Shown: positions 1-9,015, counted from the stretch's first letter. The stretch is 34,069 nucleotides of DNA from a virus (IMGVR_UViG_3300020352_000003:1-34069), one strand, 5' to 3'. Numbers and translations: made by a program. Notes: generated from the letters alone by a model not told the origin.

Positions 1-77
1 GGTTTCTATCCCATCCCTTTTTTTGTTTAACTATAAAAATATAAAAATATGCCTTGTGATATAGCAACTGGAAGAAC
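1..77. repeat. Terminal 77-bp direct repeat, identical to 33993-34069; assembly overlap indicating a circular/complete contig
   Basis: Bases 1-77 match 33993-34069 exactly; 77 is a common assembler k-mer; the junction splits a terminator and continues into ORF 49. Confidence 0.95.
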
Positions 78-606
78 AGAAGCGTGTAAGGAAAGTGTTG
101 GTGGCCTAAGAAACATCTACATTGGAAACTACGTTGAAGGACTTTATGCTGATGCAACAACAGCAGCAAACTTAGACACTGATGAGCAAATTATAGGTTT
201 AACAACTAGTTTAGTTGTTTACAAGTTTGAACTTAGAGGTGACAACAATACTTTTGAGGAAACTAACGAAAACTCAAGAGACAACGGAACTTCTTTTTGG
301 ACACAAACTGGAGCTATCGTATTAAAGAAACAAGATGCTGCTACTCAAAAAGCTCTTAAATTACTTTCTTACGGAAGACCACACATCCTAATAGAAGATT
401 ACAATGGAAACTTTAGAATAGCTGGACTTCAGAATGGAGTAGAGGTATCTGTTTCTACTGCTACTGGCGGTGCAATGGGAGACCTTAATGGTTATAACTT
501 ATCTTTCGAAGGAAAAGAAAAAGAACCTGCTTACTTTGTAGACTCTGCAATAGTAGGAGGAAGTGGAGATGCTATTGAGGTTAACTCAACAGTTATCAAT
601 CCGTAA
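49..606 (+). CDS. Putative major tail (tube) protein
   Basis: 185 aa, follows the major capsid gene across the junction; C-x-x-x-x-GG N-terminus and G-A-M-G-D-L-N-G-Y-x-L-x-F motif typical of Bacteroidota phage tail tubes. Confidence 0.65.
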   Translation: MPCDIATGRTEACKESVGGLRNIYIGNYVEGLYADATTAANLDTDEQIIGLTTSLVVYKFELRGDNNTFEETNENSRDNGTSFWTQTGAIVLKKQDAATQKALKLLSYGRPHILIEDYNGNFRIAGLQNGVEVSVSTATGGAMGDLNGYNLSFEGKEKEPAYFVDSAIVGGSGDAIEVNSTVINP

Positions 607-626
607 TAACTAATTACTTTAATATT

Positions 627-659
627 AAGGGGGCTATGTTTAACATTAGCCCCTTTTTT
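627..659 (+). terminator. Intrinsic terminator
   Basis: GGGGCTA...TAGCCCC stem followed by a T-run; the loop contains a variant of the TGTTTAACAT repeat motif. Confidence 0.8.
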
Positions 660-666
660 ATTAAAT

Positions 667-702
667 AAAATGAAAACCACTGTTTGTTGTTATAATACTA
701 TG
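667..702 (+). promoter_or_regulatory. Putative phage late promoter (AAAATG-N14-TTGTTATAATACTATG)
   Basis: The same motif and spacing recur before ORFs at 17238, 22804, 30806 and, as a variant, 32550. Confidence 0.75.
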
Positions 703-1044
703 ACAATAGCAGATATAAATAGTCTACCTGTAATTAGGGTTTACATTACTGGAAGAAGTTTCACTTCTTTAGCGGCTAAGATAACAAATCAAGAAACCAA
801 GAAGGTTCACACTATTGCAACAGGTAACATTGTTGTAGGTGCTGAGAACGCTTATTTGGACTTGACTATAACTGACTCTACTTTTCAGTCGGAGATAAAC
901 AGCAATAGCACTTTGTCTGTTAACATTTATAACGCATCAGATTCTTCACCTGTTTACAGGGATATAGTTACGTTTAGAACTTCATTAGCTTCTACTTCGG
1001 ATTATGTTCAGGACAACTCTGATTATGAATACATATTTGTATAA
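700..1044 (+). CDS. Hypothetical virion-associated protein (start re-called at 700)
   Basis: ATG at 700 is in frame with track ORF 670 and embedded in the late-promoter motif; lies between tail tube and portal. Confidence 0.7.
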   Translation: MTIADINSLPVIRVYITGRSFTSLAAKITNQETKKVHTIATGNIVVGAENAYLDLTITDSTFQSEINSNSTLSVNIYNASDSSPVYRDIVTFRTSLASTSDYVQDNSDYEYIFV

Positions 1045-1054
1045 TAATAATACT

Positions 1055-2416
1055 ATGGAAGACAATAAACATATTAGAGTAGTAAACTTGGCAGCTTACC
1101 AAACTCCAGTTGTAAAAGAAGAATACAACAGGGATTGGGTATGCTACGGAGAGGACAACGAATACTTTCAGAACCTTATAGATAACTATCTAGGTTCACC
1201 AACTAATTCTAGATGTATCAATGGAATCATTGATATGATTTATGGTAGAGGGTTAGAGGCTCTTAACAGAATGGAGAAGCCACAGGAGTATTTAGAGATG
1301 AAGAAGCTCTTTAATAAAAGACAGATAAAAAGAATAGTACACGACTACAAAATGTTAGGTCAAGCTGCTATACAGGTATCATACAATAAAAGAAAGACAA
1401 GAATACTCAAGGTATCTCACTTCCCTATGGAAACATTGAGAGCTGAGAAAGCAAACAAAAAAGGTGGTATAGATGCTTATTACTATCACCCTGACTGGGC
1501 TAATATAAAGCCTTCTGACAGCCCTAAGAGAATTCCTACATACGGACATGGCACAAAAGGTCAAACTAACGAGATATACGTTATAAAGCCTTATAGAAGC
1601 GGCTTTTATTATTATGCCCCTGTAGACTACAATGGATGTTTACAGTATTGTGATTTAGAGCAAGAGGTGTCTAACTATCATATCAATAACATAAAGAATG
1701 GTTTACAGCCATCTTTGTTGATTAACTTCAACAATGGTGTTCCTCCAGAGGAAACACAATCAATGATTGAACGTAAGATATACGACAAGTTTAGTGGTAG
1801 TTCTAATGCTGGTAAGTTCATCATAGCATTTAACGAGTCACAAGAGACTAAAGCTGACTTAGAGCCTATTCACTTGCCAGATGCACATGCACAGTATCAG
1901 TTTATGTCTGATGAGGCAAGAGAGAAGATAATGCTAGGTCATGGAATTGTATCACCTATATTACTAGGTATTAAAGATAATACAGGCTTTGGTAACAATG
2001 CAGAGGAGCTTAGAACAGCTTCTATACTAATGGACAATATAGTTATCAGACCATTCCAAGAAGAAATCATTTCTTGTTTAACTGAGATACTAGAGTTTAA
2101 CGACATATTTCTAGATTTATACTTTGTAACTTTACAACCTATTGAGTTTACTGAATTAGATAATATATCTACTAAAGTAAAAAGAGAAGAAGAGACAGGA
2201 GAGAAACTAAGCCAGAATCTAAAACAGATAGATGGTAAAGAAGTCTATGAAACAATAGAAGAAGCGGAAGCTAAGGCTTTAGAGCAAGGTTGTGAAGGTT
2301 ATCACGAACACAAAGAGGGTGAAAAAACTTGGTATATGCCTTGTAAGACACATAGCGAGTCCCTAAGAGACTTAGGAGAAGAAATGAACGACAACCCTAT
2401 AAATGAAGAGATATGA
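1055..2416 (+). CDS. Portal protein with a C-terminal Cys/His (DUF3721-like) extension
   Basis: Motifs WVxYGEDNxY, SPTN, GSSNAGK, GFGNNAEE, IRPFQ typical of Bacteroidota phage portals; ATG 1055 is in frame with track ORF 1004. Confidence 0.85.
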   Translation: MEDNKHIRVVNLAAYQTPVVKEEYNRDWVCYGEDNEYFQNLIDNYLGSPTNSRCINGIIDMIYGRGLEALNRMEKPQEYLEMKKLFNKRQIKRIVHDYKMLGQAAIQVSYNKRKTRILKVSHFPMETLRAEKANKKGGIDAYYYHPDWANIKPSDSPKRIPTYGHGTKGQTNEIYVIKPYRSGFYYYAPVDYNGCLQYCDLEQEVSNYHINNIKNGLQPSLLINFNNGVPPEETQSMIERKIYDKFSGSSNAGKFIIAFNESQETKADLEPIHLPDAHAQYQFMSDEAREKIMLGHGIVSPILLGIKDNTGFGNNAEELRTASILMDNIVIRPFQEEIISCLTEILEFNDIFLDLYFVTLQPIEFTELDNISTKVKREEETGEKLSQNLKQIDGKEVYETIEEAEAKALEQGCEGYHEHKEGEKTWYMPCKTHSESLRDLGEEMNDNPINEEI

Positions 2417-2931
2417 GCTTAAAAGCGTTATTTATAAGTGTTACTGATTTAAAGAAGAAATCTATTATCGATGGAAACGTTGATAGTGACAAGATAGTAC
2501 AATATATTGAGATTGCACAGGACATTCACATACAGAACTATCTAGGTGGTAGTTTATACAAGAAGTTACAAGAATTGATTATAGCTGGAACTATAACTGA
2601 TGCTGCTAATTCTGACTACAAGACATTGTTAGATGATTATGTAAAGCCTATGCTTATTTGGTATACACAGGCTACTTACATACCTTACAGTATGTTTCAA
2701 GTAAACAATGGTGGTTTATTTAAGCACAGGAGTGAAAACTCTGACACAGCTTCTAAGGATGAGATGGATTACTTAGTACAAAGAACTAGGGATACTGCTG
2801 AGTTTTATACTAAGAGGTTCTTAGATTATATTTGTAACTACTCTAACTTATATCCTGAATATACTAGTGGTGCTAATGAAGACATGGAACCTGATAGAGA
2901 TGTAAATTACACAGGAGGCTGGTTCGTATAA
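2413..2931 (+). CDS. Putative head-tail adaptor/connector
   Basis: Overlaps the portal stop (ATGA); AQDIHIQNYLG motif; helical 172-aa protein. Confidence 0.6.
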   Translation: MSLKALFISVTDLKKKSIIDGNVDSDKIVQYIEIAQDIHIQNYLGGSLYKKLQELIIAGTITDAANSDYKTLLDDYVKPMLIWYTQATYIPYSMFQVNNGGLFKHRSENSDTASKDEMDYLVQRTRDTAEFYTKRFLDYICNYSNLYPEYTSGANEDMEPDRDVNYTGGWFV

Positions 2932-3062
2932 TGAATAAAAAGGATGTAAACATATACAAGCCTAAAGAGGCTAATATCATTAAACTGAAAGAGTATTTAC
3001 AGAAAGTAAGTAAAACAGAAAACAATAAAAATATTACAGATGGGATACGGAGAAATATATAA
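2931..3062 (+). CDS. Small basic hypothetical protein, 43 aa (not in ORF track)
   Basis: TAATG coupling to the upstream gene; MNKKDVNIYKPKEANIIKLKEYL... Confidence 0.6.
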   Translation: MNKKDVNIYKPKEANIIKLKEYLQKVSKTENNKNITDGIRRNI

Positions 3063-3588
3063 CACAACTTGGTGGGGTGTCGCTTTAGATACTGCAAGAA
3101 CTGCTGGTACTGAGCCAGACTTTTTTGGTAGTCAGATAAAACTGCTTACAAGTGAGCAAGATGAATTAGTTACTAATGGAGATTTTAGTGATGGCTCAAA
3201 TAATTGGGTTCATAGTGATGGTGCAACTATTACAGATAATGGCGCTCGTATTGTTTCAGACGGAGCATATCAAAGAATTACACAAGATAATATTTTAACT
3301 GTTGGTAAACAATATAAACTACAATATGAAATAGTAGAAAACAATAGTGGTAATTTAAAGGCACAAACATCTTTTGGTATAAGTCCAATACCTTCTACTG
3401 TTGGTGTTCATACAGTTTATGGTGAAGCAGCACAAACCTATTTAACTATTGAAAGAAACGGAGTTTGTGATATAACAATAGACAACATATCAGTACAATT
3501 AGTAAGATGTGATTTAGAAGATATAGAAGCAAAAAAATGTTTAGCAGATTGGATTCATACAACTGCATTAAAAGACTTAAATAATTAA
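3040..3588 (+). CDS. Virion protein with a carbohydrate-binding-module-like domain
   Basis: ELVTNGDF...W...LTVGKQY...IDNISV pattern of CBM4/9-like jelly rolls; immediately precedes the fibre genes. Confidence 0.55.
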   Translation: MGYGEIYNTTWWGVALDTARTAGTEPDFFGSQIKLLTSEQDELVTNGDFSDGSNNWVHSDGATITDNGARIVSDGAYQRITQDNILTVGKQYKLQYEIVENNSGNLKAQTSFGISPIPSTVGVHTVYGEAAQTYLTIERNGVCDITIDNISVQLVRCDLEDIEAKKCLADWIHTTALKDLNN

Positions 3589-3591
3589 ACA

Positions 3592-4890
3592 ATGGCAAAA
3601 CCAAAATTAGCATTAATACCAGCAGCACAAGGCACTAGGTTATACTCTGTATTACCGAGTGATGGAACTGGAGACTTTGATTTCACGAGAGGAAGCACTA
3701 CTAACCCAGATGCCACACGAGTAAACGCACAAGGACTGATAGAGTCAGTACCTAACACTTCGTCACGATTAAACTATCCTTTGATTGATGGTAAGGTAGT
3801 AGGCTGTCCACATCATCTTTTAGAGCCTCAGAGGACTAATTTATTACCTTATAGTGAAGATTTTAGTCAATGGACTGCATCTGATTTAACTGTAACCGAC
3901 AATAATGCAATAAGTCCAGATGGAACTTTAAACGCTTCTAAATTAACAGCTATTTCTGGTAATAATACTAAAAGAATACAAGAAGCTGGTTTTTCTACAA
4001 CATCAACTGATAGATGTTTTTCAATTTTTGTCAAAACAGATGATATTAAAGCAATACAACTTTTGCATAGTGGAGATTTACAAGGTTTTGCAAGATTTGA
4101 TTTAGTAGATTATACAGTTGGTAGTGTTGGAAGTAAAACAACTGCAACAATTGAAAATTATGGCAATGGTTGGTATAAGTGTACTGCTATTTTTGATTCT
4201 ACTAATGCATTTGGCTCAAGTTTGTATGTGTATATTAGTGATAGTGCAATAGGTATTTATGGGGGAACATCTTCTGAAGTTGGAGATTTATTAATATATG
4301 GCGCACAATATGAAGAAAGTTCTTATCCAACAAGCTATATCAAATCCAATATCGGAAGTCCTACAACTCGTTTAGCAGATACTGCTTCTGGCTCTGGAAA
4401 TGCAGCTACCTTTAACGATTCAGAAGGTGTTTTGATGGCAGAGATTAGTGCTTTGGATAATGATAGTACAAGTAGACAAATTTCTTTAAGTAGTGGCTCA
4501 AGTGCAACAAACAAAGTGTCTTTAAATTACACGTCAACATCTAATCAAGTTCAAGCATTTATAAGGTCTGGTGGTTCAATCGCATTTAATGTTAGTGAAA
4601 TTGTATCTGATACAACTAACAATAATAAAATAGCATTAAAGTACAAACAAAATGATTTTGCCTTATGGGTAAATGGTATTGAACTTGCAACTAATACAAT
4701 TGATGGAAATACACCAACTGGATTAAATGTTTTAGATTTTGATGATGCTGATGGTACAAGTAATTTCTACGGAAAAGCTAAACAAGTACAATACTTTGAT
4801 TCAGCATTAACAGATACACAATTAGAAGAACTAACATCTTGGGACAGCTTCTCAGATATGGCTAACGGACAATTATACACAATAGAATAA
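3592..4890 (+). CDS. Fibre/spike protein, paralogue 1 (C-terminal LamG/ConA-like domain)
   Basis: ATRVN..GLIE, LLEP.RTN, GAQ.E, TSYI blocks shared with the next two ORFs; Ser/Thr/Gly/Asn-rich. Confidence 0.75.
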   Translation: MAKPKLALIPAAQGTRLYSVLPSDGTGDFDFTRGSTTNPDATRVNAQGLIESVPNTSSRLNYPLIDGKVVGCPHHLLEPQRTNLLPYSEDFSQWTASDLTVTDNNAISPDGTLNASKLTAISGNNTKRIQEAGFSTTSTDRCFSIFVKTDDIKAIQLLHSGDLQGFARFDLVDYTVGSVGSKTTATIENYGNGWYKCTAIFDSTNAFGSSLYVYISDSAIGIYGGTSSEVGDLLIYGAQYEESSYPTSYIKSNIGSPTTRLADTASGSGNAATFNDSEGVLMAEISALDNDSTSRQISLSSGSSATNKVSLNYTSTSNQVQAFIRSGGSIAFNVSEIVSDTTNNNKIALKYKQNDFALWVNGIELATNTIDGNTPTGLNVLDFDDADGTSNFYGKAKQVQYFDSALTDTQLEELTSWDSFSDMANGQLYTIE

Positions 4891-4897
4891 AAATAAT

Positions 4898-6172
4898 ATG
4901 GCACAAGCATTAAAATTTGGTAAAGGAGTATGGGCTACGAAAACTGGCTCTTCTATGGCTTATTCGGATACTAACGATAGATACAAGCCTCTACCTTTCA
5001 ACGTAGAAAGAGATTCAATAGCTACAAGAGTAAATAAAGAGGGTTTAATAGAAGTAGTAGGACACGATAAACTAAGAATAGACTATACAGATACTGATAA
5101 AGGAGTAGCGTTGTTAGAGCCGAGTTCTACTAACCTTATTCATCATTCAGAAGCGTTTGATAATACTTATTGGACTAAAAGTGGGGCAAGTGTAACAAGT
5201 GGTTTCACATCGCCAAGTGGAGATACAAGTGCTTTTAAATTGGTTGAAGATACGAGTAATGGACAACATTATATAGAAGTGAGTTCTTTATCAATTTTAA
5301 ACACAACAAAACACACATTAAGTTTTTATGTTAAATATAATGGTGTTCAATTTATTAGAATTTTTTCAAGTGCTTTAAATTCATTTACTTATTTTGATGT
5401 TTTAAATGGCTCTATTGGTTCAACAACAGCAGAATCAAACAATATCGAACTTTTATCTAATGGATGGTATCGTTGCGAAATGACTGATGAATCAATATCT
5501 ACATCTACAAATTTTAAAATTAGTTTAGCAGAGTCAGATGGTGTTGTTGTCTACATAGGAGATGGCACAAATGGTGTTGAAATATTCGGTGCAATGCTCG
5601 AAGCCAATTCATTTAGCACATCCTACATCCCCACCTCTGGCTCATCAGTCCAACGTGCTGCCGACGTAGCTAACGGAAGTGGTAATAGCGAGGTGTTCTC
5701 TGATAGTCAAGGAGTATTGTTTGCTGATATAAAAGGATTGGTTAATGGTAGTACCGATAGATGGATTGGGATAAACAACGGTTCAACATCTAATAGAATA
5801 ATTATTGCGTTAACTGGTGTAAATAATAAATTAAGATTTTACTCACAAGGTTCTACTACGTTATCGTATAATGATATAAATATATTAGACCATACTATGG
5901 ATAATAAAATTGCATTAGTTTATAGTGATTCACAAGATTCTGTAAAAATTTATGCAAATGGTTTTTTATCGTATAACCAAACAAGCATACCTAATTTTTC
6001 TGGATTTAAACAGTTAAATTTTGATAATGGTGGAGGTGCTGGTAGTTTTCACGGAAAGACAAAAGAAATTGGCTACTACGATGCAGTTTTAACGGATTCA
6101 GAACTGGAGTATCTCACAAGTTATAGGTCATTAAGCGAATTAGTAAAAGAATTAAATTTAAACACATTATAA
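4898..6172 (+). CDS. Fibre/spike protein, paralogue 2
   Basis: Same conserved blocks (ATRVNKEGLIE, LLEPSSTN, GAMLE, TSYIPT). Confidence 0.75.
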   Translation: MAQALKFGKGVWATKTGSSMAYSDTNDRYKPLPFNVERDSIATRVNKEGLIEVVGHDKLRIDYTDTDKGVALLEPSSTNLIHHSEAFDNTYWTKSGASVTSGFTSPSGDTSAFKLVEDTSNGQHYIEVSSLSILNTTKHTLSFYVKYNGVQFIRIFSSALNSFTYFDVLNGSIGSTTAESNNIELLSNGWYRCEMTDESISTSTNFKISLAESDGVVVYIGDGTNGVEIFGAMLEANSFSTSYIPTSGSSVQRAADVANGSGNSEVFSDSQGVLFADIKGLVNGSTDRWIGINNGSTSNRIIIALTGVNNKLRFYSQGSTTLSYNDINILDHTMDNKIALVYSDSQDSVKIYANGFLSYNQTSIPNFSGFKQLNFDNGGGAGSFHGKTKEIGYYDAVLTDSELEYLTSYRSLSELVKELNLNTL

Positions 6173-6173
6173 A

Positions 6174-7304
6174 ATGGCGAATACATTAAAATTTGGCAAT
6201 AGTGAATGGTATGGCTCAGAAGGGAATATACTTGCGTACAATGATTTAGGTGGAAACTATAAGCCGTTGCCCTTCTCTTTCAGCAGAGGCAGTTCAGCGA
6301 CACGAGTTAACCAACAAGGATTAATTGAAACAGTACAAGCTAACGATGCAAGGGTTGACTATAAAGATAATGCTAATGGTGCTTTGCTTCTTGAACCGAG
6401 TCGGACTAATAAACTTACAACATCGCAAGATTTTTCTTCTTTTCTTAAATCTGGAACTATAACGACAACTGCAAATTACGGAATAAGTCCAAATGGTAAA
6501 CAAGATAGTACAAGAGTTGTTTTTTCTTCTTCTAGTAGTTCTTTTTATAAATTAAGTGTACATAGTGGCAACACAGAAACTAATAGTATATATATAAAAG
6601 GAACAAATGGAGAAACAATTAAATTTGGAAAAGGTGTGACTGTGAATTTGGGTGATACTTTTACTTTAAATGGCGAATGGCAAAGATTGGAATATGTTTC
6701 AACAACTGGAAATCAATTTATTATTAACACTTATGGAGGAACAACGGCAAGAGATATAGAAATCTTCGGTGCACAAATTGAGGAAGGAAGCTACGCTACA
6801 TCTTACATACCAACACAAGGTACTGCCCAAACGAGGTTGAAAGATAGTTGTAGTCAAACTACTCCAGATGGTGTTATAGGACAAACAGAGGGGACAGTAT
6901 TTGTTGAAATAGATTACACACCTCATTCAGTTAATTATGAATCTGTTGCATCTTTACAAGGGACATCAACTCAACAATATTTGGAGTGTTATTTTAATTC
7001 AGCTAATAAAATAAATGTCGGAATTTACAACGGTGGTGCTGTACAAGTGAGTTTTGCAAGTGCTTCACAAACTAAAGGGATTAAAAAAATAGCAATCGCA
7101 TATAAATCTAATGACTTTGCTGTCTATCTTAACGGAACGCAAATACATACCGATAATAGTGGTAGCGTTCCACTTTTAAGTAGTTTAGGTTTGGGTATTA
7201 ATTATTCTGGAAGTACTTTTCAATTGTCGCAACCAATAAAACAATTCCAACTTTACAACACAAGATTATCAAATGGCGAATTAGCAGCATTAACACAAGT
7301 GTAA
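6174..7304 (+). CDS. Fibre/spike protein, paralogue 3
   Basis: Same conserved blocks (ATRVNQQGLIE, LLEPSRTN, GAQIE, TSYIPT). Confidence 0.75.
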   Translation: MANTLKFGNSEWYGSEGNILAYNDLGGNYKPLPFSFSRGSSATRVNQQGLIETVQANDARVDYKDNANGALLLEPSRTNKLTTSQDFSSFLKSGTITTTANYGISPNGKQDSTRVVFSSSSSSFYKLSVHSGNTETNSIYIKGTNGETIKFGKGVTVNLGDTFTLNGEWQRLEYVSTTGNQFIINTYGGTTARDIEIFGAQIEEGSYATSYIPTQGTAQTRLKDSCSQTTPDGVIGQTEGTVFVEIDYTPHSVNYESVASLQGTSTQQYLECYFNSANKINVGIYNGGAVQVSFASASQTKGIKKIAIAYKSNDFAVYLNGTQIHTDNSGSVPLLSSLGLGINYSGSTFQLSQPIKQFQLYNTRLSNGELAALTQV

Positions 7305-7375
7305 CAATTACACCTATAATAACAACGAGAGTAACAATATAATAACCAATAGTTATAACTAAAAGTAAATTTAAT

Positions 7376-7777
7376 ATGAAAGTAAGTAAATACGAATTCG
7401 ATTCACAAGCACAGTTTAAAAGTAAATTTGATGCTTTACACACAGAAGACTCAGAAGGTAACTTAATACCAGACTTTAGATTCGCTGCTGTTGAGCTTGG
7501 ACACATAGTCTTAGAGCAAGGAGAGTATGACGAAGAAGGAGAAGAAATTACTGCTCCAGTATTGTCAGAAAACTATCACGTTGATATGGCTTGGTGGGAA
7601 GATGGAATAACTACCATAGAAGAAGAAGCTATCTTAGACGAGGATGGAATGGTAATAACTCCAGCAGTTACATCAATAGACCACCCTTACGGATGGAAGT
7701 CTTATGCTATAAACTTTGATGAAGGACAAGGTATGCATTCATTTGCTGGTGTAGACTATCAATCACACAAAATGTAA
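7376..7777 (+). CDS. Acidic hypothetical protein, probably fibre-associated
   Basis: 133 aa; internal near-repeat GEYDEEGEEITAPV / ILDEDGMVITPAV; directly after the fibre genes. Confidence 0.7.
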   Translation: MKVSKYEFDSQAQFKSKFDALHTEDSEGNLIPDFRFAAVELGHIVLEQGEYDEEGEEITAPVLSENYHVDMAWWEDGITTIEEEAILDEDGMVITPAVTSIDHPYGWKSYAINFDEGQGMHSFAGVDYQSHKM

Positions 7778-7875
7778 TGGTAAGAGCATTAAGATATTTA
7801 GCGGACAAATTAGAATCATTTCAATTTATGTGTATCGTAATATGGAATAGGTTCTTAGATAGAATTAAGTTATGA
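7777..7875 (+). CDS. Small hypothetical protein, 32 aa (not in ORF track)
   Basis: Coupled on both sides (TAATG, ATGA); MVRALRYLADKLESFQFMCIVIWNRFLDRIKL. Confidence 0.55.
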   Translation: MVRALRYLADKLESFQFMCIVIWNRFLDRIKL

Positions 7876-8036
7876 GTATGGAAGATTTGAAATTAGCAAC
7901 ATTTAATACCATCTCTTTGATGGTTAGCTTTACGCACGTAGAAAACAGTTTAAAGATTATACTATTATTAGCTTCTATAATTTATACAGTACAAAAGATT
8001 TATAGTACACACAAAAAGAATGACAAAGAACTTTAG
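7872..8036 (+). CDS. Small holin-like membrane protein, 54 aa (not in ORF track)
   Basis: MSMEDLKLATFNTISLMVSFTHVENSLKIILLLASIIYTVQKIYSTHKKNDKEL: hydrophobic segment, charged C-tail, overlaps the endolysin start. Confidence 0.65.
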   Translation: MSMEDLKLATFNTISLMVSFTHVENSLKIILLLASIIYTVQKIYSTHKKNDKEL

Positions 8037-8388
8037 TATAAAAGAGTTTCAATGTAAGTGTGGATGTACAATGCCACAAGAAGTAGAGTACAATATAGTT
8101 AAACTTTCTAATCAATTACAAGCGATTAGAGACTATGTAAAGACACCTATAACTATTAATAGTGCATACAGGTGTAAGTCTCACAATAAGGCTGTAAATG
8201 GCTCAGATAGGTCACAGCACCTACTTGGTAAGGCAGCAGACATCGTTATTAGAGGATATGACCCATCATTAGAGACATATCCTTTAGTAGAAGCATTAAT
8301 AAACGAAGGAGATATACTTCAAGGTGGCTTAGGAAAATACGACACCTTTACACACTATGATATAAGAAAGACTAAAGCTCGTTGGTAA
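8020..8388 (+). CDS. Endolysin, peptidase M15A family
   Basis: EFxCKCG, SAYRC..HN, SQH..GKAAD and HYD zinc-ligand motifs all intact. Confidence 0.9.
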   Translation: MTKNFSIKEFQCKCGCTMPQEVEYNIVKLSNQLQAIRDYVKTPITINSAYRCKSHNKAVNGSDRSQHLLGKAADIVIRGYDPSLETYPLVEALINEGDILQGGLGKYDTFTHYDIRKTKARW

Positions 8389-8783
8389 TGAAAAAGATAT
8401 TAGATTTTTTAAGTGGTAATGTAATCAAAGAAATAGGTGGTATAATAGACAACTTATTTACCAATGATGAAGAACGCTTAGAAGCTAAGAACAAGATAAT
8501 TCAAGTATTAAAAGAGAAAGAACTTGAGTTACAAAAAATGCAAACCGATATAATTATTGCAGAAGCTAAAGGTAACTGGCTACAAAGAAGCTGGAGACCT
8601 ATTCTTATGTTAGCTTTTGGATTTATAGTTATTTATGTAAAGTTTATAGCACCTTTGTTTGGCTTTACTATTCCACCTTTAGAGAATGAGTTTTGGAATT
8701 TACTACAACTAGGTATTGGTGGATATGTAGTTGGTAGAAGTGCTGAGAAGATATCCAAGAATATTACAATCAATAAAAACTAA
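8388..8783 (+). CDS. Holin (3TM/GTA-type holin-like)
   Basis: WLQRSWRP motif, hydrophobic helices, LGIGGYVVGRSAEK; TAATG-coupled to the endolysin. Confidence 0.8.
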   Translation: MKKILDFLSGNVIKEIGGIIDNLFTNDEERLEAKNKIIQVLKEKELELQKMQTDIIIAEAKGNWLQRSWRPILMLAFGFIVIYVKFIAPLFGFTIPPLENEFWNLLQLGIGGYVVGRSAEKISKNITINKN

Positions 8784-8789
8784 GCTATT

Positions 8790-8851
8790 CGTTTAACATG
8801 ATGGGGGTGGTATCTCAAAATACCACACACAGAATGTTTAACATAATGGGG
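8790..8851 (+). repeat. Motif array A: 2 copies of YGTTTAACATRATGGGG
   Basis: Copies at 8790 and 8835, separated by hairpin GTGGTAT-CTCAAA-ATACCAC. Confidence 0.9.
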
Positions 8852-8954
8852 TAATAAATGTTTGTTTTACCTATAAAACACACCTATCCTGTATTCATAA
8901 GTTCGACAAGTCGGCTTTGGGGAGCCTCCCTTGTCTGACCCAAAAGAGATGAAG

Positions 8955-8986
8955 CGAAGTTACACCTTTTTTTTTACAATGTCAAG
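8955..8986 (-). promoter_or_regulatory. Possible leftward Bacteroidota-type promoter
   Basis: Minus strand reads CTTG-N20-TAACTTCG (one mismatch to TAnnTTTG). Confidence 0.5.
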
Positions 8987-9015
8987 TAAAGTTATTAACA
9001 TTGTTTATAACTATA

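Noticed and set aside
5309-5336. Exact TTATGTTAAAT (XerD arm) as a full dif/attP site
   Set aside because: It lies inside a fibre gene (FYVKY codons) and has no recognisable XerC arm 6 bp upstream; likely chance
3592-7304. Diversity-generating retroelement or invertible shufflon acting on the fibre genes
   Set aside because: No reverse transcriptase or invertase, no near-identical template/variable repeat pair, and all copies are in the same orientation
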